From Thermoanaerobaculia bacterium (GTDB lineage: Bacteria > Acidobacteriota > Thermoanaerobaculia > Multivoradales > UBA5704), in the NCBI GenBank assembly GCA_035266085.1, contig DATFNZ010000183.1, forward strand, positions 68,707-132,706: a stretch of DNA of 64,000 nt, in the 5' to 3' direction. Under the pieces are notes generated by a model. That model saw only the letters and a list, made by a program, of their open reading frames with translations, was not told the origin of the DNA and made no database searches. A program made the position numbers and the translations under genes. Below, one piece after another: positions 18,601 to 26,257 of the stretch. Every line of letters starts with the position of its first letter. The stretch's first letter is position 1.

Positions 18601-18838
18601 CCAGAAGTGGTCCGAGAACGGGCGCACCCTGCCGTCGGGGGCGCGCTCGCCCATCACCGTCACCGGCACGGTGGACGGCCGCAAGGTAACCCTTCAGTTC
18701 ACGGAGCGGGGGGCGAAGCGCTCGACCAACGGCGGCTTCTCCTGGCAGCTTTCCGCCGACCGCACCGCCCTGCGTGGCTCCTTCTGGAGCACCGCCGCGG
18801 CTACCAGCGGCAACTCGCTGGCCGTGCGGATGCCGTAG
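15677..18838 (+). CDS. Class A penicillin-binding protein (transglycosylase/transpeptidase) with long charged C-terminal extension
   Basis: Internal ATG 15677 of ORF 15200..18838, followed by a TM helix. GT51 motifs EDKRFYEHGGID and RKLLEIRVA. Transpeptidase motifs SAFK, SKN and KTGTT. About 220 aa of E/R/K-rich repeats, then a ~120-aa unassigned domain. Confidence 0.9.
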   Translation: METTAGHPRADRRALWRQRWEESRRPLAILLALFYGVALFFGFSWSRCFFDRCPNVESLAVYQPGGAPILLDRHGEAFADLAPAEREVVPLASLPSHVAQAFLAVEDKRFYEHGGIDWPRVGGAILANMRAGEYAQGFSTITMQLARNVFPDSIPGQEQTTRRKLLEIRVAQDIERQYSKQEILELYLNHIYFGNRARGIEAASRQYFGHSARELGLAEAALLAALPKAPSHYDPRRHPQAALERRNLVISLMQEQRLLPRFMALDARRSALDLAPAPRQERVESGLAPYFVEQVRRELEERFGSELYSQPVRIVTTLDSAAQRAAEEELRNQLKRVESGDLGDFQGRRYTLASEPPADGTPYLQGAAVMLDARDGDVLAWVGGRDYSHSQFDRVVQARRQPGSAFKPFVYAAALAQGWALSQPLVDQPLRVKMPNGRFWTPKNFSGRYEGRVTVRDALVRSKNVATVRLADAVGYGEVSKLARQAGLDEPVAPMPSIALGAVAVSPLELTAAYSAFANLGDAVEPRLILRVEDEEGKVLWTSTPRRHSVLDPAVAYLVTDVLREALVRGTGNLVQKTGLKAPSAGKTGTTNDGADAWFVGYTPEIVAGIWMGFDRPRPILESATGGQLAAPVWGRTLARVYQKRPNPRPWTAPKEVVKRPIDPGTGLIVEPACASDSSTRELFIDGMEPVAFCPGRENPPRNGFPAQQLMAERAEEARAERADQLAQAREDEEQKLRERQQAERIAREREKQEDQARLAEQRERRQEEEKLARIAKEEKRQETEKERASREEKDEKQARLAEQRQREQQEKLARIAAEEKKKKADEEKLAELRERRERLARAEEAADRREREIAARERAARRDTEDKRGDRESDRSDRERDREESRIARVLDEERRAREEEDAPPRRRDEPKEEIAEPEEEHEEEETAPAAEDLSGWWEMTNTIQSTNYADYKGLRLGYRVQLEQDGDRLVGRGQKWSENGRTLPSGARSPITVTGTVDGRKVTLQFTERGAKRSTNGGFSWQLSADRTALRGSFWSTAAATSGNSLAVRMP

Positions 18839-18844
18839 ATAGAA

Positions 18845-18945
18845 GCCGAAAGGACTGCAAGGACCTCAACGACTGCAAGGACGACAAGAATCAGGAGAGC
18901 TCGGTCTCTTTGCTGTCCTTGTCGTCCTTGCAGTCCCTTTCGATC
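18845..18945. repeat. REP-like hairpin element (GGACTGCAAGGAC family) between convergent genes
   Basis: GGACTGCAAGGAC and GACTGCAAGGAC on the left, GTCCTTGTCGTCCTTGCAGTCC on the right. A related element lies at 31822-31905, and a single motif copy at about 57963. Confidence 0.7.
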
Positions 18946-19925
18946 TCTTTCGCCAGCTCCACCGCCGACAACGGCGCGCACCCCTCGGCGTTGTTGTTGA
19001 TCGTGCAGAGGAAGGGGCGGCCTGCCGCGACGGCTTCGCGGGCGAGGTCGGCGACGGCCCTGCGATTGGCAGTGTCGGGAGCGGCCATCCGGTTAAAAGG
19101 CGCGTAGCGCCGGCCGGCTTCCTCGTAGGTCATGCCCGGTCCCAGCAGCCAGCGGATCACCGTCATCGGCCCTCGGTGCGAGCCAACGAGGCGGGCCTGG
19201 GCACGGATGTCCGGCATGCGCGGGTGGACGTTGTGGCAGTGGCAGGCGCCCACGGCGGCGAGGGCGGCGCCGTACTCGGCCGTCACCAGCTCACGGTTGC
19301 GCACCTCGACGGCGTAGACGGGGCCGCGCGGCAGGGCGCCGAGGAAAGCCTCAAGCCGCTCGGCGAACCACGCGGGAGACCCCAGGCTCTGGGGGGCGAA
19401 CTGGAAGAGGAGAGCGCCGGCTCCCTCCCCCATCCCCTCGACGAACGGAGCGACCACCTGGTCCGTGGCGTACTTGGCATCCAGGAAAAGGGCGTTCTCC
19501 TGTCCACGCGCAGAGCCGTAGCGGGCGTGGTCGGGGAAACGCGCCAGCGTGCAGGCCTCATGGGCCTTGATCAGGAAGCGGAAATCGTCGGGCACTGCCT
19601 CCCGGTATGCTGCCAGCTCCATCGCCTCGACCGGCGCGTAGTGCGTGCGGTCGACCCCGACACCCCTGAACAATGGATGCCGGGCATAGGCCGCGAGCCC
19701 CTCCCGCGCCAGGCGTGATTGTGAATAGGGGCGGTCGTAGACCAGCCCCGCCCATCCGGGGAAGGACCACGTCGAGCCCCCGAGATACACTCCCCCCGGC
19801 AACTCCCGGCCGAGCGCCTCGACCTCCTCCGGCTGCGGCGCCGGCCCCACGGCCTGGCGTCCGGGTACGGGCTCCGGTCCGAGGTCGAAGAGGGCGAGCT
19901 GGTCGTCAGGCTTGCGGCGGGACAT
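18891..19925 (-). CDS. DUF72 (YecE/UPF0759) family protein
   Basis: ORF 18891..19925. STWSFPGWAGLVY and DDFRFLIKAH are typical DUF72 signatures. The last ~17 codons run into the REP-like element. Confidence 0.75.
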   Translation of the reverse strand: MSRRKPDDQLALFDLGPEPVPGRQAVGPAPQPEEVEALGRELPGGVYLGGSTWSFPGWAGLVYDRPYSQSRLAREGLAAYARHPLFRGVGVDRTHYAPVEAMELAAYREAVPDDFRFLIKAHEACTLARFPDHARYGSARGQENALFLDAKYATDQVVAPFVEGMGEGAGALLFQFAPQSLGSPAWFAERLEAFLGALPRGPVYAVEVRNRELVTAEYGAALAAVGACHCHNVHPRMPDIRAQARLVGSHRGPMTVIRWLLGPGMTYEEAGRRYAPFNRMAAPDTANRRAVADLAREAVAAGRPFLCTINNNAEGCAPLSAVELAKEIERDCKDDKDSKETELS

Positions 19926-19948
19926 GACGCCAAGTTTATTGCGGAAAT

Positions 19949-20527
19949 GTGGGACGCGCCAGGGGAGGCGTTACGGAAACAGGGAACGACAAACATACGA
20001 CGGCATCTTTTCCCTTCCGGCCTTGGGTGAGAAGCACCAGCCGGCGGGCCCTGGTGTGGGGAATCGTGGTCGTGGTGGTGATCGGCAGCCTCGTCTTCGC
20101 CCTCGAATCGGGTGACCGGGACGACTGGGGCCGGGCTTTCGGCGTGCTGTTCGCCTACAGCCTGCTCTTCTGGGTGACCCTGATCAAGATCTGGTGGACG
20201 GGAGGCAAAGCGGCCGTGTCGCTGGATGGCGAGTCCTTCTCCTACCAGCCGCTCCACACTTTCCGCCCGCGCCGCGTTCCCTTCGAGAGGATCCTCGCCT
20301 GCAACCCGCGTCCAGGCACCGAAGCCCTCCGCTTCGTGGTCGAGAAGAACGGCGTGGGCCGCGAGCTCTTCCTGAATCTGGCCGTGGTGAAAGGACAGCA
20401 CCGCTTCCTGGAGCTGCTCGGCGAGCGGCTGGAGGCGGCGGGGCTGGAACCCCTACCCGGCCGCGCAAACTCCTGGCGCCGGCCGGAATGGGACGATCCG
20501 GGGATGAGCGCCGGGCCGCAGGTGTGA
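19949..20527 (+). CDS. Hypothetical membrane protein (two TM helices plus a small soluble domain)
   Basis: ORF 19949..20527 with a GTG start and no clear RBS, so the start is uncertain. TM segments ALVWGIVVVVVIGSLVFAL and FGVLFAYSLLFWVTLIKIWW. Confidence 0.5.
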   Translation: MGRARGGVTETGNDKHTTASFPFRPWVRSTSRRALVWGIVVVVVIGSLVFALESGDRDDWGRAFGVLFAYSLLFWVTLIKIWWTGGKAAVSLDGESFSYQPLHTFRPRRVPFERILACNPRPGTEALRFVVEKNGVGRELFLNLAVVKGQHRFLELLGERLEAAGLEPLPGRANSWRRPEWDDPGMSAGPQV

Positions 20528-20571
20528 TCCGGCTCGCCAGTATTGATGGTTCCTGCCTCGCGACACCGTGT

Positions 20572-20815
20572 CCGTAGAGACGTTCCAGGTCGTAACCACA
20601 ACTGTTCCTTTGGTTATCTCCACCGCGGAACGTCTCTCGGAGAGTATGCCGCTTCGGTGAAGCCTGTCCCAGGCGAGGCAGAACCAAGCCGACATCAAGG
20701 GCGTCAAGGGCGTCCGGCGTTGGGCTGGAGCGGCATGCCCTCCGAAAGAGACGTTCCGCGGTCGGGGTGACCCAAAGGAACGGTTGTGGTTACGACCTGG
20801 AAACGTCTCTACAGG
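20572..20815. repeat. ~245-nt nested inverted-repeat (long hairpin, MITE-like) element
   Basis: ~80-nt arms (20572-20652 and 20730-20815) are near-perfect reverse complements around a ~78-nt loop. The motif AGAGACGTTCC / GGAACGTCTCT occurs four times. The inner arm part is shared with 14953-15065. Confidence 0.8.
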
Positions 20816-20855
20816 TAAGGTGGCGCCATAGGGAGGATCTCACTGCCGAGCGTTC

Positions 20856-21425
20856 CTACCCGGCCGGCGCCTGCGCGTTCTCTCCCTTCACCTTGCGGAT
20901 GGCATCCTTGGGATGGGCGGCGATGGCCGCCGCCAAGGCTTTGTCCAGCCGGCCGTCGATGCGCACCAGCGTCAGCTCGTCCTGCTCCAGGGTGACGACG
21001 AAGAGATTGCGCAGACCGCCGTTCTTGCCGCCGCGGACGAACATCCAGGCCCGCGAGCCCTCCTCCCGCTGGCGCATGGCCATGGACCAGCCGGCCTGAG
21101 CGAGCTGGGACTCGAAACGGGTCTCGCCCTGGATGCGGTCGAGGTCCGGCAGGGAGCTCACCTTGTAGGAGGAGACCTCGATCCTGCGGACCTGGTTGAG
21201 GAACGCCTGCCCATCGACCTTGCCGGGGGCCATCCGCACGAGCCCGCGCAGCAGGCTCATCGAGACGCGGCCGATGTGGAAATGCTCCTCGCGCTCGAAG
21301 CGGGCCTCGGGGAAGCGGCGCTGGATCTCGAAGCTCACCATCTCGGTGGACGGCGCGCCGGCGCAGCCCGTGAGGAGGGAGGACAGGGACAAGGCAGCAA
21401 GGAAAAAGACGACTGTTCGCTTCAC
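20856..21425 (-). CDS. DUF4252-like lipoprotein
   Basis: GTG start with GGAGG upstream. Lipobox SLLTGCAG. Similar in size and pattern to the upstream paralog (…VVTLEQDELTLVRIDGRLD…). Confidence 0.65.
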   Translation of the reverse strand: MKRTVVFFLAALSLSSLLTGCAGAPSTEMVSFEIQRRFPEARFEREEHFHIGRVSMSLLRGLVRMAPGKVDGQAFLNQVRRIEVSSYKVSSLPDLDRIQGETRFESQLAQAGWSMAMRQREEGSRAWMFVRGGKNGGLRNLFVVTLEQDELTLVRIDGRLDKALAAAIAAHPKDAIRKVKGENAQAPAG

Positions 21426-21453
21426 GGCACGCCTCCGTTCGGAAAGAGTTGTC

Positions 21454-22020
21454 CTATTCGGGTTTCTTGCCCGGCGGCGGGGCCGGAGCCGGCGTATGTT
21501 TGATCTGGGGCAGGTTCAGCCTCTGGCTCAGGCGCCCGATCTGGGCCGGGTCGATCCGGCCGACGATGTTGATCACCACGGCTTCCTGGCCCGGGTCGAG
21601 GGTGAGCAGGGTCATCCCGGCGATCTTGCCGTCCACTTCCCTGAGATAGATGTAGGCCTCCTCGCCCTTGTCGCGCATCCGCATCGTGGACTTCCAGCCG
21701 CGGTCCTCGAGCCAGCGGACGGTGCGGCCGATCTTGGTGCGGACCGTGGCCTCGTCCATGCCTTTGAGGGGGATGGCCTGGACCGTGATGGATTTCAGGC
21801 CCGCCATCAGAGACGAGAACTCCGGATCGTTCTTCGCGCCCGCGGCGATCAGGCTCATCAAAGCCCCCTCGATATTGATCTCGAGGCTGAGCTTGTCTTT
21901 GGGAAAAAGGTCGAGCTGCTCGAGCGGCACGTACCCGGGCTGGTCGGTCAGCTTCTGGGCCTGACCGGCGGCGGTGCCCAGGACGAGCAGGATGACTACG
22001 AGGATGATGGTCTTGCGCAT
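21454..22020 (-). CDS. DUF4252-like secreted protein
   Basis: ORF 21454..22020 with a signal peptide. Pattern …LMSLIAAGAK…GLKSITVQAI…MTLLTLDPGQEAVVINIVGRIDP…. Located directly after an anti-sigma gene, the usual DUF4252 context. Confidence 0.65.
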   Translation of the reverse strand: MRKTIILVVILLVLGTAAGQAQKLTDQPGYVPLEQLDLFPKDKLSLEINIEGALMSLIAAGAKNDPEFSSLMAGLKSITVQAIPLKGMDEATVRTKIGRTVRWLEDRGWKSTMRMRDKGEEAYIYLREVDGKIAGMTLLTLDPGQEAVVINIVGRIDPAQIGRLSQRLNLPQIKHTPAPAPPPGKKPE

Positions 22021-22021
22021 G

Positions 22022-22576
22022 TCAAAACTCCTTGTCTTGCCGCAGGCTCGGGATTTCTCCGAGCGATCGGGAGGCGCCTCGGGTAGCGGGCGCGATCAGC
22101 CGCTTCTGGAAGACGTCGTCCCGGAGGCCCTGGCCGGCCCGGCGGGTCGCCCTGCCGATGTAGGCGAGGGCGAGCTTCGCCTCCGCCGTCGCCTGGGCGA
22201 TCTCCTCGGGACTCGGCTGACGGGGCCGTTGAGATTGGAAGAACAGGGCCCCGCCGCCCAAGGCCAGAATCAGCATGGCCGCCGCCGCGGCGATCCGGAG
22301 ACCCATGGAGCGAGGCCGGGGCACGAAAGGCACGACCTCGCCGCGGCCGGCGCGCTGGACCCTTTCGAGCACCTCCGGCGGGCAGTCGAGCTCGGGCAGG
22401 GCCCGCAGCTCGCGCTGGATCCGCGCCGCCAGCTCGAGCTCGGCGGCGCAGGGAGCGCAGCGCTCCAGGTGCGAGAGCAGCCGCGCGGTCTCGTCCGCTG
22501 GCAGGTCGCCGTCCACATAGGGCTCGAGAAGGTCCAGCGCCTCTTCGCAAGGCAGATCGTGAGGGTGTCGGTTCAT
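22022..22576 (-). CDS. Anti-sigma factor (zf-HC2 type, single TM)
   Basis: N-terminus CEEALDLLEPYVDGDL...HLERCAPCAAE (H-x3-C-x2-C), followed by a TM helix. ATGA overlap with the upstream sigma gene. Confidence 0.8.
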   Translation of the reverse strand: MNRHPHDLPCEEALDLLEPYVDGDLPADETARLLSHLERCAPCAAELELAARIQRELRALPELDCPPEVLERVQRAGRGEVVPFVPRPRSMGLRIAAAAAMLILALGGGALFFQSQRPRQPSPEEIAQATAEAKLALAYIGRATRRAGQGLRDDVFQKRLIAPATRGASRSLGEIPSLRQDKEF

Positions 22577-23169
22577 GGTTGCGCTGTCTCCTTCAGTCGT
22601 TCCCGCAGCTTGCGCCGGCCCCGGTGAAGATGGACCCGCACGGTGACCTCGGGGATGCCGAGGGCCTCCCCGATCTCGCGGTGCGGGAGGCCCTGGACCT
22701 CCCGCAGGATGACGATGCTCTTGTACGGCTCGCCGAGGTCCGACAGCGCCGCCAGCAACCGCCGCCGGAACTCCGAGGCCTCCGCCCGGGACTGCGGGTC
22801 GGGCTCGAGCGTCGCCACCTCCCGCGCCTCGTCGTCGTCGAGGCTGGAGCCGGCGGCCATCGGTCCCTCCGACCGCCGCTTGCGCAGCAGGTCGTAGCAG
22901 GCGTTCCGGGTGACCCGCAGCAGCCAGGCCCCGAGGCGCTCCTCATCCACCCCCTGCTGGTGACGCCACAGACGAAGCAGGACCTCCTGGGTCACGTCCT
23001 CCGCTTCCTCCCGATTGGAGAGAAGATAGCGGGCGAACGAGTAGACCCGGCGCCGGTACCTCTGGGCGGTGTCCTCGAAAGCCGTCAGCATCCAGAAGAG
23101 AAGACGGATGGGGAGGCGGAACGTTTCACTGCCGGCTTCACTGCCTGAAGATAAGGTGCGTGCTACCAT
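22573..23169 (-). CDS. ECF (group 4) RNA polymerase sigma factor
   Basis: Region 2 (RRVYSFARYLLSNREEAEDVTQEVLLRLW) and region 4 (PYKSIVILREVQGLPHREIGEALGIPEVTVRVHLHRGRRKL). Start is either ATG 23169 (AGGAA upstream) or ATG 23091. Confidence 0.85.
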   Translation of the reverse strand: MVARTLSSGSEAGSETFRLPIRLLFWMLTAFEDTAQRYRRRVYSFARYLLSNREEAEDVTQEVLLRLWRHQQGVDEERLGAWLLRVTRNACYDLLRKRRSEGPMAAGSSLDDDEAREVATLEPDPQSRAEASEFRRRLLAALSDLGEPYKSIVILREVQGLPHREIGEALGIPEVTVRVHLHRGRRKLRERLKETAQP

Positions 23170-23178
23170 TTCCTGGCT

Positions 23179-23427
23179 ATGGCTGAGCCTACCGCTAAAA
23201 TGACTGTCGACGTTCCCGCCTCCGTCAAGGAACGGCTCGCAGCGCTGTCCAGGACCACCGAGCGTCCTGAAGCCGCCCTCGTTACGGATGCCATCAACTC
23301 CTATGTGGAGTTGCAGGAGTGGCAGATCACGGAGATCCGAAAGGGGCTCCAGGAAGCCGACGCTGGGGAGTTCGCCACTGACCAGGAGGTCGCTGAGGTT
23401 TTTTCCAAGTGGACGAATGCGCGTTAG
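23179..23427 (+). CDS. Ribbon-helix-helix antitoxin (ParD/RelB-like)
   Basis: 82-aa ORF. VDVPASVKERLAALS (RHH strand-helix) and EIRKGLQEADAGEFATDQEV tail. Overlaps the toxin gene by 11 nt. Confidence 0.75.
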   Translation: MAEPTAKMTVDVPASVKERLAALSRTTERPEAALVTDAINSYVELQEWQITEIRKGLQEADAGEFATDQEVAEVFSKWTNAR

Positions 23428-23701
23428 GTGGACCCGGAGGTCTCTGCGCGCACTCGACGTCATTGCAGAGTACATCGCGCGAGATCGCCCCCAGGCGGCA
23501 CGCCGGATGGTCGAGCGTATTCGGGAAGCAGTCACTCTTCTATCGAGCCAACCTGAGCTCGGCCGGTCCGGCCGAGTCCCCCAAACCCGGGAGCTGATCG
23601 TGGCCGGGACGCCGTTCATCGTTCCCTATAGGGTCCGAAGAGGAGTCGTAGAAATTCTGACCGTCCTGCACGCTGCCAGGACATGGCCCGATCAATTCTG
23701 A
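23417..23701 (+). CDS. ParE/RelE-family toxin
   Basis: Internal ATG 23417 of ORF 23288..23701. 94 aa. RWTRRSLRALDVIAEYIARDRPQAARRMVERI...TRELIVAGTPFIVPYRV...VEILTVLHAAR is a typical ParE/RelE plasmid-stabilisation fold sequence. Confidence 0.8.
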   Translation: MRVRWTRRSLRALDVIAEYIARDRPQAARRMVERIREAVTLLSSQPELGRSGRVPQTRELIVAGTPFIVPYRVRRGVVEILTVLHAARTWPDQF

Positions 23702-26247
23702 CGGAGCGCGGGAGGGATTGTAGAGCGGCCCGGATCCTCTCGGCCCTTTTCCTCGCCCTCTCCCCACCGCTCGCCGCCCAATCCATCGACCTCGCCATCG
23801 ACCTCCACGAGTCCGGCCGGCTCCAGGAAGCCCTCCAGGAGTACCACGCCGTAGCCAAGGCCACGGCAACGTCCGACCCGGCGGTCGCGGCGACCGCCTT
23901 CAACAATGCCTGCGCCATCCTCATGGACCTCGAGGACTACCGGACGGCGCTGCCCGACTGCCGGGCGGCACTGAGACTGCTCCGGGCCGGCGGCGACCCC
24001 GGGACGCTCGGCCAGGCGCTCAACAATCTGGGGCTGGTGCTGGAAGTGCTGGGCGAGCCGGACGAGGCCAAGCGGAGCTTCCGCGAGGCGCTGGCGCTCA
24101 ACCGCAAGCTCGGCGATGCCGAAGCGCAGGTCATCAACCTGTCCAACCTCGGAGCTCTCGCCGTCTCTACCGGCCGCTACTCGGCGGCCTTGGCTCTCCA
24201 TACCGAGGCGGAAGCCTTGGCAGCCCGCCGCCAGGGGGAGCCCTGGGCCGCGGAGCAGATCGCCATCGCCCGCCTGAACCGCGGAGTCGTGCTGGAGAAG
24301 GTGGGCGCCTACCGGGAGGCCCTCGATCTTTACAAGGGACTTCTAGCCCAAAGCGAGGGGATGGACGAGGCCCGGTACGCTTCCCTGCGGGTCAACACCG
24401 GCGTGCTCTACCGCAACCTGGGAGACCCGGTGCGGGCGGTCGAAGACTTCCGTGAGGCGATCGACGGTTATCGGCGGTCGGACGACACGGCGGGACTGTC
24501 CAACGCCTACCTCAACCTGGGGCTCGCCGAGCACCTCAACCTGGAGCGCACAGCTCCAGCCGAGGCCGCCTACCGCGAGGCTTTGCGGCTGGCGGAAGCG
24601 AGCGGCGACCGCACGGAGGAGGTGCAGGACCTCTTCTATCTTGGACGGCTCCTGCTCGAACGCGGGCGGCTGGGCGAGGCCGAGGCCGTCTACCGGCGCT
24701 GCCTCGCGATCTCGCAGGCGAGCGGATCGCCCGAGGGCCGCTGGTCCGCCCGCGAGGGGCTGGGACGGATCGCCCGCGCCCGCGGCGACCTGCGCGGGGC
24801 CCTCGGGCACTTCGAGAGCGCCCTCGCCGAGATCGAGCGGGTGCGCGCCGGCATCGCGCGCCCACGCCGGGCCGGATACTTCGGCGACAAGCGGGCCGTC
24901 TATGCCGCCGCGGTGGAGACGCTGGGAGCTTTGGAGCTCCGAGAGCCGGGCCGCGGCTGGGGCGAAAAGGGCCTGGAGGTCGTTCAGCGCGCCAAGGCCC
25001 GCGACCTGCTGGACGCCCTCGGGCCCGGCCGCCAGCCAGCCACGCCCCTGGGCGCCGCCGCCCTGAAAGCCCGGGCGGGAGAGGGCGCCGTGCTGGAGTA
25101 CTTCCTGGGGGAGTCGAATCTCTATCTCTGGGTCATCCGGTCCGGCGGCGTCCGGTTCCACGACCTCGGCTCCTACCGGCCGGTCCTCGACGCCGTCGCC
25201 CGGGCCCACCACGACCTCTCGGCGGGCTCGGCGCCAAGCCCCGCCGCCGTGACCGCCCTCTCGCGGGTGCTCCTGGGCGCCGCCCGGCCTCTGCCCCGAG
25301 GCGATGCGCCCCTTTGGATCGCCCCCGACGGAGCGCTCCGCTACCTGCCGTTCGAGCTGCTGGAAGACCCCGTCTCACCCGGCCAGCCGCTGGTGGAGCG
25401 GGTGGCGGTGAGCTACCTGCCGAGCGCCTCGACGCTGGCCGGGCTCGGCGGTCCGGAGCGGCCCGCTGCCGTCCGCCTGCTGGGCATCGGCGATCCCCGG
25501 TTGGCCCGCCTCGGCGGACCGCCTTCCCCGCGCGAGCTGCTCGTCGAGCGCTTCGGCCTCGCGCCGCTGCCCGCCGCGGCCCGGGAGATCGGCTCGGTCG
25601 CCCGTCTCCTGGGCGGCCCGAGCCTCGAGATCACCGGCGAGCGGGCCACGGAGCGCGCCTTCCGCGAGGGGGTCTCGCGGGGGGCCCGGGTGGTCCATCT
25701 CGCCACTCATACCGTGATCGACGAGCGGCCCGGACGGGGCGCCGCGATCCTGCTCACGGCGTCGGGCGACGACGACGGCCTCCTCTCTCCCCAGGAGATC
25801 GCCGGGCTCGACGACCGCTCCGATCTGACCGTGCTCGCGGCCTGCCGCACGGCGCTCGGCACCGGCGAGGACGGCCAGGCCCTGGCCTCTCTCACCGGCT
25901 CGTTCCTGGCCGCGGGATCGCGGGCCGTGGTGGCCACGCTGTGGGACGTCGGCGACGCCGAGACCGCCGCCTTCATGGAGCAGCTCTATTACGAGCTGGG
26001 CCGCGGCCTCCCGCCGGCCGAAGCGCTGCGGGAGGCGAAGAGACGGCTGCGGGCCGATCCGCGCTGGAACCGGCCGTCGCTCTGGGCGGGGTACGTGCTG
26101 ATCGGGGACGCGCCCGCGGTGGTGCCGCGGCAGATCCCCTGGATGATCTGGATCGCGGGAGCGCTGAGCCTGGCCGCCCTCGCCTTGACGATCTCGAGAC
26201 GCCGTTCTCCCTCCACTCTCTCGGAAAGAGGAGCGCCGGAGCGGTGA
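23683..26247 (+). CDS. Signal-peptide TPR-repeat CHAT-domain (caspase-like) protease with C-terminal TM anchor
   Basis: ORF 23683..26247. N-terminus ILSALFLALSPPLAAQ. Many TPRs. CHAT core VVHLATHTVID...LTVLAACRTALG with His and Cys. C-terminus IWIAGALSLAALALTI. Confidence 0.85.
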   Translation: MARSILTERGRDCRAARILSALFLALSPPLAAQSIDLAIDLHESGRLQEALQEYHAVAKATATSDPAVAATAFNNACAILMDLEDYRTALPDCRAALRLLRAGGDPGTLGQALNNLGLVLEVLGEPDEAKRSFREALALNRKLGDAEAQVINLSNLGALAVSTGRYSAALALHTEAEALAARRQGEPWAAEQIAIARLNRGVVLEKVGAYREALDLYKGLLAQSEGMDEARYASLRVNTGVLYRNLGDPVRAVEDFREAIDGYRRSDDTAGLSNAYLNLGLAEHLNLERTAPAEAAYREALRLAEASGDRTEEVQDLFYLGRLLLERGRLGEAEAVYRRCLAISQASGSPEGRWSAREGLGRIARARGDLRGALGHFESALAEIERVRAGIARPRRAGYFGDKRAVYAAAVETLGALELREPGRGWGEKGLEVVQRAKARDLLDALGPGRQPATPLGAAALKARAGEGAVLEYFLGESNLYLWVIRSGGVRFHDLGSYRPVLDAVARAHHDLSAGSAPSPAAVTALSRVLLGAARPLPRGDAPLWIAPDGALRYLPFELLEDPVSPGQPLVERVAVSYLPSASTLAGLGGPERPAAVRLLGIGDPRLARLGGPPSPRELLVERFGLAPLPAAAREIGSVARLLGGPSLEITGERATERAFREGVSRGARVVHLATHTVIDERPGRGAAILLTASGDDDGLLSPQEIAGLDDRSDLTVLAACRTALGTGEDGQALASLTGSFLAAGSRAVVATLWDVGDAETAAFMEQLYYELGRGLPPAEALREAKRRLRADPRWNRPSLWAGYVLIGDAPAVVPRQIPWMIWIAGALSLAALALTISRRRSPSTLSERGAPER

Positions 26248-26257
26248 GGCTGGCGGA

